Assembly: GCA_963840455.1 (NCBI GenBank) | Contig: CAWIYV010000007.1 | Location: 1-64,000, forward strand | Source: Nitrospirota bacterium | GTDB lineage: Bacteria; Nitrospirota; UBA9217 | Direction of reading: 5' to 3' | DNA: 64,000 nucleotides | Shown: one piece after another, positions 1 through 10,024 of the stretch | How positions within the stretch are numbered: the stretch's first letter is position 1 | How the letters are laid out: every line of letters starts with the position of its first letter | Notes under the pieces: model-generated | What the model saw: the letters and a program-made list of their open reading frames with translations, nothing else | Told to the model about the DNA's origin: nothing | Database searches by the model: none | Program-made: the position numbers and the translations under genes

Positions 1-169
1 GTCTTTATATTTGACATTCTTGAATTCCTTGCTCACGCAGGACACCGCGGTGCATGTCTTCGCTCTTGACCCCGCCGCAGCGGCGCTCGCAAGCCCTCCA
101 TGAAAGCATCCTTTCTCTCTATCGACGACTTCTCCCGTTTCAGCTAAGGCTCCTGTATTGCGGAAACCG

Positions 170-276
170 AATTCCGGAGTGAGCGCATTCCCCGCAGCTT
201 GGTGCGGGACCGCGAGCGAATACGATACTGTTCCAGCCTTAAAGACCTGGAGTAGCTTGCTGGAGGGAACGTCAAT
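170..276 (+). repeat. Degenerate single copy of the 111-bp palindromic repeat family
   Basis: attccggagtgagcgcattccccgcagcttggtgcgggaccgcgagcga aligns to the unit aatccaggagcgagcgcattccccgcagcatgctgcggggtcagcgagcga at 38990. Confidence 0.75.
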
Positions 277-426
277 ACCTTCCCGATGCAATTTATCAAA
301 TGTTCCTTGGTTGACCATGGTTACCATAGTCCTGGGCTCCGTCCTTGGGCCCGCTGCTGCGGATATCCATTCCCCCGGGGCCCAATCGTCCGGGCCCGCG
401 CGCGCGGAATGGCCAGTCCTCTCGAC

Positions 427-1422
427 TCAGCGCGCGGGAGGGGGATTCCTGCCGAAGATGATCCTGATCACCTCGTCGGCCTCCATCTCGTTGATCAAGA
501 TATCGTCCACCGGTAGATGGGACGACAGGATCCGGGATGCCGCGCTCTTCACCCGGTCTCGGGGGACCTTGAGAACGGCCTTGCCGGAGGCTGCCGAAAG
601 CACCTCGCCAAAGGGCTCGACGTCCTCCCTCCGGATGGTTCCCGCGGGGAAGGACACGATGAGCAGCTTGTCCGTGGCATAGCGCCTGATCAGGTCGTCC
701 AACGGCCCGTCGTAGACGATCCGCCCCTGGTCAATGATGATTACGCGCCTGCAGAGCCGGCTGATGTCCTCCATGTAGTGGGATGTAAGGATGATGGTCG
801 TTCCCTTCACCTCGTTGTACCGCCTGATGAAATCGCGGATGTTCTGCTGCGCCACCACGTCCAGACCGATCGTGGGCTCGTCCAGGAAGAGGACCTTCGG
901 CTTGTGGATCAGTGCCGCCACGAGCTCGCATTTCATCCGCTGCCCCAGCGAGAGCTTGCGGACCGGGACGTCAAGGATGTTCCGGATGTCGAGCAGTTCA
1001 GCGAACTCGCCCAGACTGCGTTCGAACTCGCTGTCGGGGATCTCGTAGATCTCCTTGTTCAGGAGGAAGCTCTCCCGCGCCGGAAGGTCCCACCAGAGCT
1101 GGTTCTTCTGGCCCATGACGATGGCGAACTGCTTCTGGAACTCCGTCTGCCGCCGGAAGGGAACGTACCCCAGGACGCGGACGTCCCCGGCAGTGGGATG
1201 GAGGATCCCCGACAGCACCTTGAGCGTCGTGGTCTTCCCCGCGCCGTTCGGCCCCAGGAAGCCGACGAGCTCGCCCGCCTCGATCGAGAAGCTGCAGTCT
1301 TTCACCGCCTCGGCGACCAGCCGTTCGCGACGGAACAGCCCCCGCAAAGACCCGGACAGGCCGGGCCGCTTCCGATAATACTCGTAGTTACGCGTGAGAT
1401 GCTTGACGTCGATGACGGGCAT
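427..1422 (-). CDS. ABC-2 type transporter ATP-binding protein
   Basis: Walker A GPNGAGKTT, signature LSLGQ, Walker B LFLDEPT, H-loop TSH. Confidence 0.95.
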   Translation of the reverse strand: MPVIDVKHLTRNYEYYRKRPGLSGSLRGLFRRERLVAEAVKDCSFSIEAGELVGFLGPNGAGKTTTLKVLSGILHPTAGDVRVLGYVPFRRQTEFQKQFAIVMGQKNQLWWDLPARESFLLNKEIYEIPDSEFERSLGEFAELLDIRNILDVPVRKLSLGQRMKCELVAALIHKPKVLFLDEPTIGLDVVAQQNIRDFIRRYNEVKGTTIILTSHYMEDISRLCRRVIIIDQGRIVYDGPLDDLIRRYATDKLLIVSFPAGTIRREDVEPFGEVLSAASGKAVLKVPRDRVKSAASRILSSHLPVDDILINEMEADEVIRIIFGRNPPPAR

Positions 1423-1453
1423 AGGGTCCGCTTTGCCCTCCCGGGCAGGGTGG

Positions 1454-2257
1454 TCAGCTCGATGCGCTGCTGTACACCTTCAGGCTGGCCCGCCACAGAA
1501 GCAGGCTGCATCCGAAGAAGGCGGCGGCGTAGAAGAGGACGAAGAGCGTCCCTTTCCAGTCCAGCAGGCGCAGCGCCGCCTTGGCCGGAAAGGCGACGGC
1601 CAGGATGACCGGAAAGACGAAGGTGAAGACCGCCCGGACGGCCGGCGAGTAGATCTCCGGCGGGAACCGTCCGAGGGTCATCGCTTCCCGGTACAGCCAG
1701 ATCGCGTTCTCGCTCTCAAGTTTCCAGATGGTGATGCCCGCGGTGATGATATGGATCCCCAGGACCACGGTCATCCCTGCCAGCACGAGCAGGGCGTAGT
1801 GGAGGACCTGGACCGGGCCGGGAGGGACCGGCAGCCTCCCCATCACGTAGACGATCAGGCCGGCGATCGGCACCAGGAAGATGATGTCCAGGATGTCGGT
1901 CATGCGGCTCAGCGAATAGAACAGGGGGCTCACGGGCTTGCTCAGGACGAAATCGAAGTTCCCACGCTGGATGTCGAAGCGGAAGGCATAGATGCCCCGG
2001 AAGAGCGCCTGGGACAGGACGTCGATCAGGTTGAAGGTGAGGAAGAACAGGATGACCTCGTACTTCGTGTATCCCGCCAGCGTGTCGGTGTAGGAAAAGA
2101 GGGAGACGATCAGGAGCAGAAAGAAACCGAAACGGACAAGCTTGCCCGCAAGATAGGTCGCGGAATCGATCCGGTTCGACAGGTAGGACCCGATGGCAAG
2201 GCTGGACAGCTGCCTCCAGATGCGGACGTATTTTCGTATGAGGGCCGTCGTTCTCAT
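1454..2257 (-). CDS. ABC-2 family permease (DUF990-like)
   Basis: Six hydrophobic segments, IQRGNFDFVLSKP motif, co-oriented with the ATPase. Confidence 0.9.
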   Translation of the reverse strand: MRTTALIRKYVRIWRQLSSLAIGSYLSNRIDSATYLAGKLVRFGFFLLLIVSLFSYTDTLAGYTKYEVILFFLTFNLIDVLSQALFRGIYAFRFDIQRGNFDFVLSKPVSPLFYSLSRMTDILDIIFLVPIAGLIVYVMGRLPVPPGPVQVLHYALLVLAGMTVVLGIHIITAGITIWKLESENAIWLYREAMTLGRFPPEIYSPAVRAVFTFVFPVILAVAFPAKAALRLLDWKGTLFVLFYAAAFFGCSLLLWRASLKVYSSASS

Positions 2258-2273
2258 CGAAGGAGCGTGTTCG

Positions 2274-3083
2274 CTACATCCCTTCCCCGGTGTATTTCCT
2301 GAGCCCCCGCCGCCAGATCCAGAGCACTGCCGGGCCGAACAGGGCGATCCAGGCGGCCTGGAGCGCTATCCCCCGCAGGGCGGCGTTGAGGTCGGCCCTG
2401 CCGAGGTAGATCTCCATGGGCAGGTACATGACCAGGGCGAAGGGCAGAAGAGCGAAGACCGCGAAGAGTGCCGGAGCGAGGATGTCGAGCGGGAAATAGG
2501 CGCCTGACGCGAACTCCAGGACCCACTCGAACAGGAACTTCGGACCCAGCGCCTCGCGGGACCAGAAGGCGAGCAGGCTGACGGCATAGCTCAGGAGAAA
2601 GTAGAGCGTTGCCGCCAGTGCCACGGAGAGCGCGAAGAGCGCAAGGACCGCGGGATCCCGCTGGACCCAAAGATCGACCTTCAGGAGGAAGAGGAACAGG
2701 AGGACCTCACCCAGCGCGGTCACGGCATAGAGGGCCCGCTGCGCGAACTCCGCAGAGAAGGTCTGGAAAAGATAATTGACCGGCCTGGTGAGATAGGCAG
2801 AGAGCATGCCCTCATTGATATCCGCGGCGACCTGTCTCGACTGTGCGCCGAAGATGACGGAGCGGAGGACGTTGATCCCGAACACATAGGTGACCAGCTC
2901 GGTCTGCGAGTACCCGGCGAACCGTCCGTTCTTCTTCGTGAGCGCGAGCCACACGAAGGTGAGCAGCAGCATGACCAGCACGCTCCGGAGCCGGGCAAGG
3001 AGGAAATTGAACCGGTATTCGAGCTCTTTCTGCCAGCTGATCTTGAAGACGACCCAGTACTTTTTCGCTCCCGCAGCCCGCAT
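2274..3083 (-). CDS. ABC-2 family permease (DUF990-like)
   Basis: DINEGMLSAYLTRP motif, multiple TM segments; start reassigned to ATG 3083 (MRAAGAKKY) because the upstream ORF extension runs over a duplicated cupin fragment. Confidence 0.88.
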   Translation of the reverse strand: MRAAGAKKYWVVFKISWQKELEYRFNFLLARLRSVLVMLLLTFVWLALTKKNGRFAGYSQTELVTYVFGINVLRSVIFGAQSRQVAADINEGMLSAYLTRPVNYLFQTFSAEFAQRALYAVTALGEVLLFLFLLKVDLWVQRDPAVLALFALSVALAATLYFLLSYAVSLLAFWSREALGPKFLFEWVLEFASGAYFPLDILAPALFAVFALLPFALVMYLPMEIYLGRADLNAALRGIALQAAWIALFGPAVLWIWRRGLRKYTGEGM

Positions 3084-3176
3084 AGGGACCCACCCCGCAT
3101 CCGGTAGTGTCCATCTGATTCTAGCATAAAACGGCTCCCCGCGATAAGAAACCTGCAAGGAGGTGCGCTTTCTACA

Positions 3177-3333
3177 CCAGGTCCTGCGTTCTGAAACTTG
3201 CCTTTTCCTGTTGATCATTCCCATAGAGGATATCCTCTGTTCAGAAACCACGATGGACCGGGCCGCGTGAGAGCCTTGGACAAGATAATGAGGAAGACGC
3301 TGGTCCACGGAGCCAAAAGCCGATGACTGGGTT
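3177..3333 (+). pseudogene. Degenerate duplicate of the cupin gene leader and 5' end (source 25629-25787)
   Basis: ttgatcattcccat.gagga and tggacaagataa.gaggaagacgctggtc.acgg.gccaaaa are shared with 25663-25770; start codon lost. Confidence 0.8.
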
Positions 3334-3579
3334 CCGGACCGGAGGACCTTAGGGCAGATTTATTTTGGTGCCGGTCCTTGCAGAAATAGCCGTGAGCAGG
3401 AAGGGAGAAGGGGAGTGATCTTCGTGGAATTGCATCAGAAACGAGACAAACGGGTTGGCCAAACGAGGCCAGGACGACCGGAGGATGTTGTGCAGGAGCA
3501 ATAAATTGGAACTCCCTGTAGCTCGTTGAAGGGAGCTTCAACGATCACGAGCAGGGGAGGATACCTCTCGCGTAGACGG

Positions 3580-3613
3580 AAAAAAAGAGCGGGACAGTGC
3601 AACCTGTCCCGCT
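3580..3613 (-). terminator. Intrinsic terminator of the 124-aa gene, copy A
   Basis: Stem agcgggacag/ctgtcccgct with a T-run on the minus strand. Confidence 0.8.
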
Positions 3614-3637
3614 GCGTCATTTGTCGTTGAGCGTTTG

Positions 3638-4012
3638 TTATTGCTTTTCGCTGCCCTTGTTCTCCTTCTTCGCCCTCGCCGCCTTCCTTGCCTTTTTGCC
3701 GGCCAGGTAAGCCTCGATCGGCCGCCATCCGAAGGACATGCTGCCTGCCGCTGCCGATTCCACGCCCTGCACGAGCTTTTTTCCGACCAGGCTCAGGGTC
3801 ATCACGATCCCGATGAAGGGAAGGAACACCGCGAAGACCAAGCCGATGATTGGTGCCGCCATCAGCATCACTGCAACGTGCGCCTTGATATACCGGGTCG
3901 TTCCGCTGCCCGGAAGCACGCCTTCCTGTTCCATCTGTACCCGGCTGCCGTTCGAAAGGTTCCAGTAGGTCCCTGCCTGTACCGTATGTCCGCCGTTGGT
4001 CAACATGTTCAA
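3638..4012 (-). CDS. Conserved hypothetical membrane protein, copy A (paralog of 16151-16525)
   Basis: RBS AAGGAGG, central hydrophobic segment, basic tail; 97/124 residues identical to copy B by manual alignment. Confidence 0.85.
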   Translation of the reverse strand: MNMLTNGGHTVQAGTYWNLSNGSRVQMEQEGVLPGSGTTRYIKAHVAVMLMAAPIIGLVFAVFLPFIGIVMTLSLVGKKLVQGVESAAAGSMSFGWRPIEAYLAGKKARKAARAKKENKGSEKQ

Positions 4013-4088
4013 TCCCTCCTTAGTGGGTGGTTTTCTCGTTCTGTTGATTAGAGCATACCCCAGGCCGGGGAAAAGCGTAAGTGGTATA

Positions 4089-4134
4089 AGTTCCTATGTC
4101 GGGGGGCAATAGTTCCTAGGAAGAAGTTCGTAGG
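4089..4134 (-). promoter_or_regulatory. Conserved operator upstream of copy A (TAGGAAC repeats)
   Basis: CCTACGAACTTCTTCCTAGGAAC is identical to 16029-16051; second CATAGGAACT site at the same 22-bp spacing. Confidence 0.7.
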
Positions 4135-4369
4135 GTGCCCATCTTCGGGGGCACCTTTCTCGGGGTCGCAAGAAAGGTTGACGGGAAACAACTTGAAATC
4201 GGCATGTGACATGGATAAAACCGGATAGAAGTCGGATAACAGCAGATCTTTGGACCTCTTCGCTTTTATCTAGATGTTGATCCGCATTTTCAGCACCCCC
4301 CATCTTCCATTTGCCGGTGCCAGGATCTCTGACCACATTGAAGATATCTTTGTATCTGAAAGGTAATCG

Positions 4370-4480
4370 CCAATGACGGCAACGGCGGCATCGCCGAGAG
4401 CGATGTCATGACCTTCGCAACGAAATAGACGGTCATGGTTTCAATGCCCGGGGGAGGCTCGCCTCCCCCGGTTTTTATTT
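4370..4480 (+). ncRNA. Candidate small structured RNA ending in an intrinsic terminator
   Basis: Hairpins gcatcgc/gcgatgt and catgacc/ggtcatg followed by a strong terminator, with no substantial plus-strand CDS upstream. Confidence 0.35.
4448..4480 (+). terminator. Intrinsic terminator
   Basis: ccgggggaggc-tc-gcctcccccgg followed by tttttattt. Confidence 0.85.
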
Positions 4481-4948
4481 AAGGAATCTCTCTTCCCCGC
4501 CATCGCCCTTTCAATTCAGACGGATCAACTCCGGCTGCCGCCTGTGTTATACTCTTTTCATGGTATTTTCGTCCCCCATGCTTGGGCATTCTGGTCAGAA
4601 GGTCACGCCGGCATCTTAGGGGCGCATCGCGTATTTAGATATTCGTATTTCAGCCGACGATCGCAATTATTATCATAATGGATGGGTTGCTCAGGAGCGT
4701 GACGTCTTGTGCTTGAACCAGGTCTGATAGAGGCCGAACAACAGGATGCGCCGGCAAGCCCAGGCGGGGCTTCGGGATATCCTCCGTCAGAAGGAGATGG
4801 ACACGGTTTCCCTCGTGACCGAGAAGATGCGCGAGCTTCTCATTGACCTTCGGTCAGGAAAGTTCAAGCTCGTTGTCCGGTTAACGATGCACCGCTAAAT
4901 ATCTGAACAAACGAATTGCCGAAGTATTTCATACAGGGAGGCAGGTTC

Positions 4949-5221
4949 ATGTGCAGGAACATCAAACCGCTCTTTAACTTCGAACCACCAGTAAGGGATG
5001 ACGAAATACGAGGGGCCGCCTTGCAATTCGTGCGGAAGATAAGCGGCTTCAACAAGCCATCGAAGGCCAATGAAGCTGCGTTCCTCGCGGCCGTCGACAA
5101 GATAGCGGCTGCTTCCGGAGACCTTCTGAACGCGCTTGAGACGAATGCGCCGCCGAGGAACCGGACCGAAGAAGCCGCAAAGGCGCGGGAACGCGCCGCT
5201 CGCAGGTTCCCAAGACCCTGA
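4949..5221 (+). CDS. DUF2277 family protein
   Basis: MCRNIKPLFNFEPP...AALQFVRKISG signature; RBS GGAGG. Confidence 0.9.
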   Translation: MCRNIKPLFNFEPPVRDDEIRGAALQFVRKISGFNKPSKANEAAFLAAVDKIAAASGDLLNALETNAPPRNRTEEAAKARERAARRFPRP

Positions 5222-5285
5222 CATCGCCGTGGTGAGAAAAATACAAAAGGTCAACCTTCTATTCAGAGGCGGGTCAGTCCAAGTG
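5216..5285 (+). pseudogene. Short degenerate copy of the patatin gene start
   Basis: ccctgacatcgccgtggtgagaaaaatacaaaaggtc resembles ccctgacattgccatggtgaaaaaaaagcagaagatc at 23487. Confidence 0.55.
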
Positions 5286-5561
5286 CGCCGGGACGGAGCC
5301 CTGCTCATGACTACATCACGAATACGGAAATGTGTATCGGCGAACATTCCTCTGAGGTCTCGATGGCCTCCGGCGGTCCGACAATGACTGCCTTCGCGGG
5401 GTGCGCGATATAGCCCACGCGTGCTTGTAAAGACGGCTTCTCTGGCTTGCCAACAACGCCAAGAGGAGAACAGCCACGTATGGCGCACCAATCCTCTCAC
5501 GTTGTATTCCGTCAGCCGGAGATGTCAGATGAGCCGGTTCTCCTTCGTTCTTGCGGTCCGC

Positions 5562-5969
5562 CTACGGCGTGAATGACCGCGGTCCTGCGACTGCCTGGCC
5601 GTAAGCGTTCTGGGCGATCACCCGCCAGTAGTACAGTGTTGAGGTTAGTGTGCTTGCTGGCACTGTGTAGGTCATGGTTGGCGCGGCAACGACAGCGTTG
5701 ACGACCAGCACCGGCGACGTGAAGGTGTTCACGGTGTCGATCTGTACACGGTAATCGGTAGCATAGAGTGAACCCGTCCAAGTCAAGGTCGGCGTCGTTG
5801 TAGCACCGGTGGCAGCGTCAGCCGGGCTTGACAGGGTGAACGCCGCAGGTGCGAGCCCCGTTCCTCCTCCTCCTCCTCCATATCCTCCGCCGCCGCAGCT
5901 CGTGAGCGTCACTGCCAGGAGCACCAGGACGCTGGCGGTCAAATATCCCATCATTCGTGATCGTTTCAT
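5562..5969 (-). CDS. Putative lipoprotein with a fibronectin-III/Ig-like domain
   Basis: Lipobox LTSC, Gly linker, PTLTW...YRVQI...YYWRVIA motif. Confidence 0.8.
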   Translation of the reverse strand: MKRSRMMGYLTASVLVLLAVTLTSCGGGGYGGGGGGTGLAPAAFTLSSPADAATGATTTPTLTWTGSLYATDYRVQIDTVNTFTSPVLVVNAVVAAPTMTYTVPASTLTSTLYYWRVIAQNAYGQAVAGPRSFTP

Positions 5970-6463
5970 GGAAGCACCTCCTGCACATAACGTTCGCGCA
6001 ACAACCGCCGATGGGCTGCAGGGAGTCTTTTCGGTCGGAATTCCCGCGGCAGGAACAGGATGCTGACGCTCGCCGGAACGGGAACGTCGGAAGTACTATT
6101 GCCGTTGCCGCGTACCTTATTCGAGCTACGCCGCGGTCCACGTCCTTCGGCCTCAGCGCAGCACGGTGTCCGATAGAGGTGCTCTACACCCTTCGCACGT
6201 CCTATCACGCGCCTGATCCGGTAGAGTCTGACATGACCGATCTCCAGATGGGAACTGTCATATCTTCGTCATCCGGCTTATTGTTACTGGCGCTAAATGC
6301 CAGTAAGTCAAATATTCACGGTACCAAATTCTCCGGGCTCAAACGCTTGAGGCCGCTGCTCTCGCAGGTAACCCCTCATTCGCCTCATCGCTTCCCGGTC
6401 CAAAACGTCTGAGAAACATCTTCGGGTCAGCTCTCATTTTACCTTTCCCTGGTACAGCGCCAG

Positions 6464-7126
6464 CTAAGCCGCACGCCCTGACCTGGCAGGTTTCAAGTGC
6501 AATTTATCCCTGATCTCTTTTGCCGAAGCGCTCGTTGCATACACCGCTGTTCCGACATCGAACAATTTTGATGTGTTCAAGCCTCCTACGACGACGGGGT
6601 CAAGACCCGCATGCTCTACTAGCTCGCTGGTAACTTTCAATCCTTCCTGGTCGTTGCTGGCTATCGGGATCCCGATTATTTCGCCTTTTTTGTTCCTTGC
6701 TTTTCGAAGGTCTTCAAAGTAGACCGTATTGAAAGCCCTTACTATTCTTGCACCCGGCAGGAGACGGGACACAAAGGCGCCCATACCGCCCGGGTCTTCT
6801 CTTGCCTGTTCCGCGATCACCCCATCTCTTTCGGGATAGGGATTCGATGTGTCGATCACGATCTTGCCCTTCAGGGCTTCCTTTGTTCCAGCGTCAAGCG
6901 CCGGTAATGCCTTCAAGGGAGTCGAAAGCACGACCACATCTCCAAAAGCGATCGCTTCCGTGATGGTCCCGGCGCGGGCTTTGGGCCCGGCCTTCTTGAC
7001 AAGGTCTTTGAGGGTATCAGGATGTCTTGAACTATAGAGGACCTCGTATCCTGCCTTTGCGAGCAGAATTCCAAGAGTTCCCCCGATACGGCCTGATCCG
7101 ACTATGCCGATCCTAAATATTTTCAT
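6464..7126 (-). CDS. NADP oxidoreductase, F420-dependent family (NpdG-like)
   Basis: Rossmann GSGRIG, DTSNP, VRAFNT motifs. Confidence 0.88.
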   Translation of the reverse strand: MKIFRIGIVGSGRIGGTLGILLAKAGYEVLYSSRHPDTLKDLVKKAGPKARAGTITEAIAFGDVVVLSTPLKALPALDAGTKEALKGKIVIDTSNPYPERDGVIAEQAREDPGGMGAFVSRLLPGARIVRAFNTVYFEDLRKARNKKGEIIGIPIASNDQEGLKVTSELVEHAGLDPVVVGGLNTSKLFDVGTAVYATSASAKEIRDKLHLKPARSGRAA

Positions 7127-7138
7127 GTTGCTACCTCC

Positions 7139-7345
7139 TCAGCCTCTTTTCACGGCCGATCTGCAGGTTCCATCGACTACGGCACTGACCTCTTCCCTGC
7201 TCACGCCGTCAGTCTGATAATAAATATAATCATCGACCATATCGCACAGTTCCCTGCGGGGAATATCCGGCATCATTTCGCGGACTTCCTCGGCAAACAA
7301 CGTTGCAGCGTCGGCGATCATTCCTTTATTCTCTATCCTGTTCAT
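7139..7345 (-). CDS. Small acidic hypothetical protein
   Basis: 68-aa ORF with G-rich RBS, stop 13 bp before the next gene. Confidence 0.6.
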   Translation of the reverse strand: MNRIENKGMIADAATLFAEEVREMMPDIPRRELCDMVDDYIYYQTDGVSREEVSAVVDGTCRSAVKRG

Positions 7346-7479
7346 TGCCCCCCCCTTCGGACCCTGCAACCGGCGACGAGATACAGGCGGCTGCGATATC
7401 CATTCCTCTCCCTGAAGAAAACAGGTCTATTCCTGTCTTAATTATACCACGGAATCGGACCCAGGAGGGCAGCATCAGA

Positions 7480-7526
7480 GGGTCAGGGCTTTCCTGTTTG
7501 ACTTTGCCCTTTTCGTTTGATATTTT
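7480..7526 (+). promoter_or_regulatory. RAYT-end-like motif supplying a -35 (TTGACT-N17-TATTTT)
   Basis: gggtcagggctttcctgtttgacttt resembles the element end at 13709; -35 at 7498-7503, -10 at 7521-7526. Confidence 0.5.
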
Positions 7527-7551
7527 TGTATCTGACAGGGAGGAGTCAACA

Positions 7552-8538
7552 ATGGCGCTACCGCTTGTCTTGATGACCCATCCGTTGCCACAGGACTGGG
7601 TGGCATCCCTGAAGGGCCGCATCCGATTACTGGTCGGCCCGGCGGAGCCGCCCGGATTTGCCCCGCATCTGCTCGAACAGCTCAATGAAGCCGAAGGGAT
7701 CCTGACCATGCTCGTTGACAAGGTCGATGAGGCAATTCTCAGCCGCGCACCGCGCCTGCGCGTTGTCAGCAACTATGCCGTGGGTTACGATAATATCGAC
7801 GTCCCTGCCTGCACCCGCCGCATGGTCCCGGTTGGGAATACCCCCGGCGTTCTGACCGACGCTACCGCGGACCTGACCATGGCGCTCCTGCTTTCGTCCG
7901 CGCGCGGAATAGTGAACGCCGCGATGGATGCGCGCAACGGTCTCTGGCGCACCTGGACGCCCACGGGCTGGCTGGGCGCGGACTTGCGCGGGGCCGTGCT
8001 CGGTATCATCGGCATGGGAAACATCGGCAGGGCCGTGGCTGAGCGGGCAAAAGGGTTCGGGCTGAACATCGTCTACTTCAAGCCGAAACGCGAACCGGAG
8101 ATCGAATCAACGCTCGGCATGCGATACCTCTCGCTTGATGGCCTGCTCCGGGAGAGCGATTTTGTCACCCTGCACTGTCCGCTTACCTCGCAGACACGTG
8201 GTCTGATCAATGAGTCAGCCCTTCAAAAAATGAAGAGCACCGCCATTCTGGTCAACACCGCGCGCGGTCAGGTCGTCGTTACCGAGGCCCTCGTGCGAGC
8301 CTTGCAGGATGGCTGGATTGCAGGCGCCGGGATCGACGTCACCGATCCGGAGCCGCTGCCTGCGGGCCATCCTCTCTTAGATATGCCGAATTGCCTGGTA
8401 AGCCCCCATATCGGCTCGGCCACACACGGTACGCGCCGCCGCATGGCGGAAATGGCCTGCGAAAACCTGCTTGCCGGGCTGGAAGGCCGCATACTCCCGA
8501 ATTGTGTCAACAAGGAAGTCTACGGGCCGAATAACTAG
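7552..8538 (+). CDS. D-glycerate dehydrogenase / glyoxylate reductase (D-2-hydroxyacid dehydrogenase)
   Basis: AVGYDNID, NTPGVLTDATAD, GMGNIG, NTARG, DVTDPEP, PHIGSAT; RBS GGAGGAG. Confidence 0.93.
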   Translation: MALPLVLMTHPLPQDWVASLKGRIRLLVGPAEPPGFAPHLLEQLNEAEGILTMLVDKVDEAILSRAPRLRVVSNYAVGYDNIDVPACTRRMVPVGNTPGVLTDATADLTMALLLSSARGIVNAAMDARNGLWRTWTPTGWLGADLRGAVLGIIGMGNIGRAVAERAKGFGLNIVYFKPKREPEIESTLGMRYLSLDGLLRESDFVTLHCPLTSQTRGLINESALQKMKSTAILVNTARGQVVVTEALVRALQDGWIAGAGIDVTDPEPLPAGHPLLDMPNCLVSPHIGSATHGTRRRMAEMACENLLAGLEGRILPNCVNKEVYGPNN

Positions 8539-8593
8539 GTGCCCTTTATATGATTATCAGGTCTTTACAGGGGAGCGGAACGCAACAGGTGCA

Positions 8594-8685
8594 ACAACGT
8601 CCCCTAAGCCGTCAAGAACTGGGGCTTGGAAATGAGACCAGCAGGATTACACCAAACAAGGCAAGGACGAAAGAGGGGACGTTGT
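8594..8685. repeat. 12-bp perfect inverted repeat pair between convergent genes
   Basis: acaacgtcccct (8594-8605) and aggggacgttgt (8674-8685). Confidence 0.65.
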
Positions 8686-8703
8686 ACAGGGGCTAAAAAA
8701 ATA

Positions 8704-8737
8704 AAGCTCCCTGCAGCTTGCTGCAGGGAGTCTTCGA
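8704..8737. repeat. Half copy (one hairpin) of the 111-bp repeat family
   Basis: aagctccctgcagcttgctgcagggagtcttcga matches 58041-58074. Confidence 0.8.
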
Positions 8738-8764
8738 GCCGGACCGTTTTGGAGTGTGAACGCG

Positions 8765-9004
8765 CTATGCCGCGGAAGTGGGCGACGGCCTTCCCGGCCT
8801 CGGCCCTGATCCGGACTGTCTCGCGCGCCTGAGGGCTTTTCGCCTTCGCTTCTCCGCCTCAAGCTGCTTGTTCTTTTTTTTCACCGAGGGCTTTTCGTAA
8901 TGGCGCCGCTTCTTCAGCTCCCCGAACAGCCCGTCGAGCTGGAGCTTCTTTTTCAGGGTGCGCAGCGCCTTTTCGATGTCCCGGGAAAGGACCTTTATCT
9001 CCAC
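8765..9004 (-). CDS. rpsU: 30S ribosomal protein S21
   Basis: IEKALRTLKKK...KRRHYEKPSVKKK motif; GTG start overlapping the RRM gene end. Confidence 0.9.
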   Translation of the reverse strand: MEIKVLSRDIEKALRTLKKKLQLDGLFGELKKRRHYEKPSVKKKNKQLEAEKRRRKALRRARQSGSGPRPGRPSPTSAA

Positions 9005-9324
9005 GACCTCCCCCCTCCGCCGCCGTAGCCGCCGCGGCCGCCCCTCCCGCCGCCGCCGCCGGAACCCGAGCGCTCGGTCTTCGGCTTGGCCTCGTTCACC
9101 GTGATCGTACGATCCATGAACGTCGTGCCGTTCATAGTAGCGATTGCCTTGGCCGCATCCTCATCGGACGCCATCTCCACGAAACCGAACCCCTTGGACC
9201 TGCCGCTGGCCTGGTCCACGATCAGCGTGGCTGACACTACCTCGCCGATCTTCGAGAATGCCTCCTTCAGGTCCTCCTCCATGGTGTTGTACGACAGATT
9301 TCCCACATACAGTTTCTTCGCCAT
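8995..9324 (-). CDS. RRM RNA-binding protein with a Gly-rich tail
   Basis: RNP2 LYVGNL, RNP1 KGFGFVEM, RGG/Gly tail. Confidence 0.95.
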   Translation of the reverse strand: MAKKLYVGNLSYNTMEEDLKEAFSKIGEVVSATLIVDQASGRSKGFGFVEMASDEDAAKAIATMNGTTFMDRTITVNEAKPKTERSGSGGGGGRGGRGGYGGGGGRSWR

Positions 9325-10024
9325 GTTGCCTCCTCAATGCCTTCCAGGTTCGCCTGTTGGTCAATGCCGGACAGTGCGTTACGTCTTCTCCGCGGAATCC
9401 CGCGTGGGTGTCCGCGAAACCGCATCGCTCGCTAACCAAGCATGCAGTCGCTTTTTTTCGTGGGAAAAAGGGGAGAGCAGGAAGAGTCAGTGATCGATGA
9501 GGAGGCGCCGACCCAGCCCGTTTCCAAACGAGAGGGCTTGCCCCGTTGATGGTATAGGCTTTTATTATACGCCTTTTTCAGCCAATTGCAAGGACCATCC
9601 TTGAAGGTATCACCTTTTTCTCTGACATTCTGGCCCCATGGCCAGCCCGGATCCCTCAATGGTTCACTTGTTGATGATAAAAATTGACCCTAAAAGAGTT
9701 TGACCCAGAAAGTTTGGTCCTCCCGATCACATCTCAGGACGTTCCGCCGAAACGGCACGCCATGCCCGCCTGGTCAGGAACGTATCCTCATTTGTGCCTC
9801 CTCGCAGTGATAGCCAGTGCTATACTTGAATTGAGAAATAAGCTCCCGGGAATCAGCAGAAATGGAGGAGCAGCAGAAAATACGGTTTGGCATAACTATC
9901 TGATATGCCGCAGGTTTCACCTGTCCATGGAAGCCCGAGCATGGAGTGACGCATCAAGGGTCAGCATTCAAACAGGGGGCGCTACCCTCGTAAAAAACGC
10001 TGAACCAGAGAAGAGGTGATGTCT

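Noticed and set aside
4370-4447. c-di-GMP-I or other known riboswitch
   Set aside because: The conserved GEMM elements are not recognisable and no gene follows the terminator closely
5970-6420. Possible gene remnant between the lipoprotein and the oxidoreductase
   Set aside because: No frame gives a recognisable protein family
9870-9905. Sigma54 promoter upstream of ytxH
   Set aside because: TGGCAT is present but the -12 TTGC is missing
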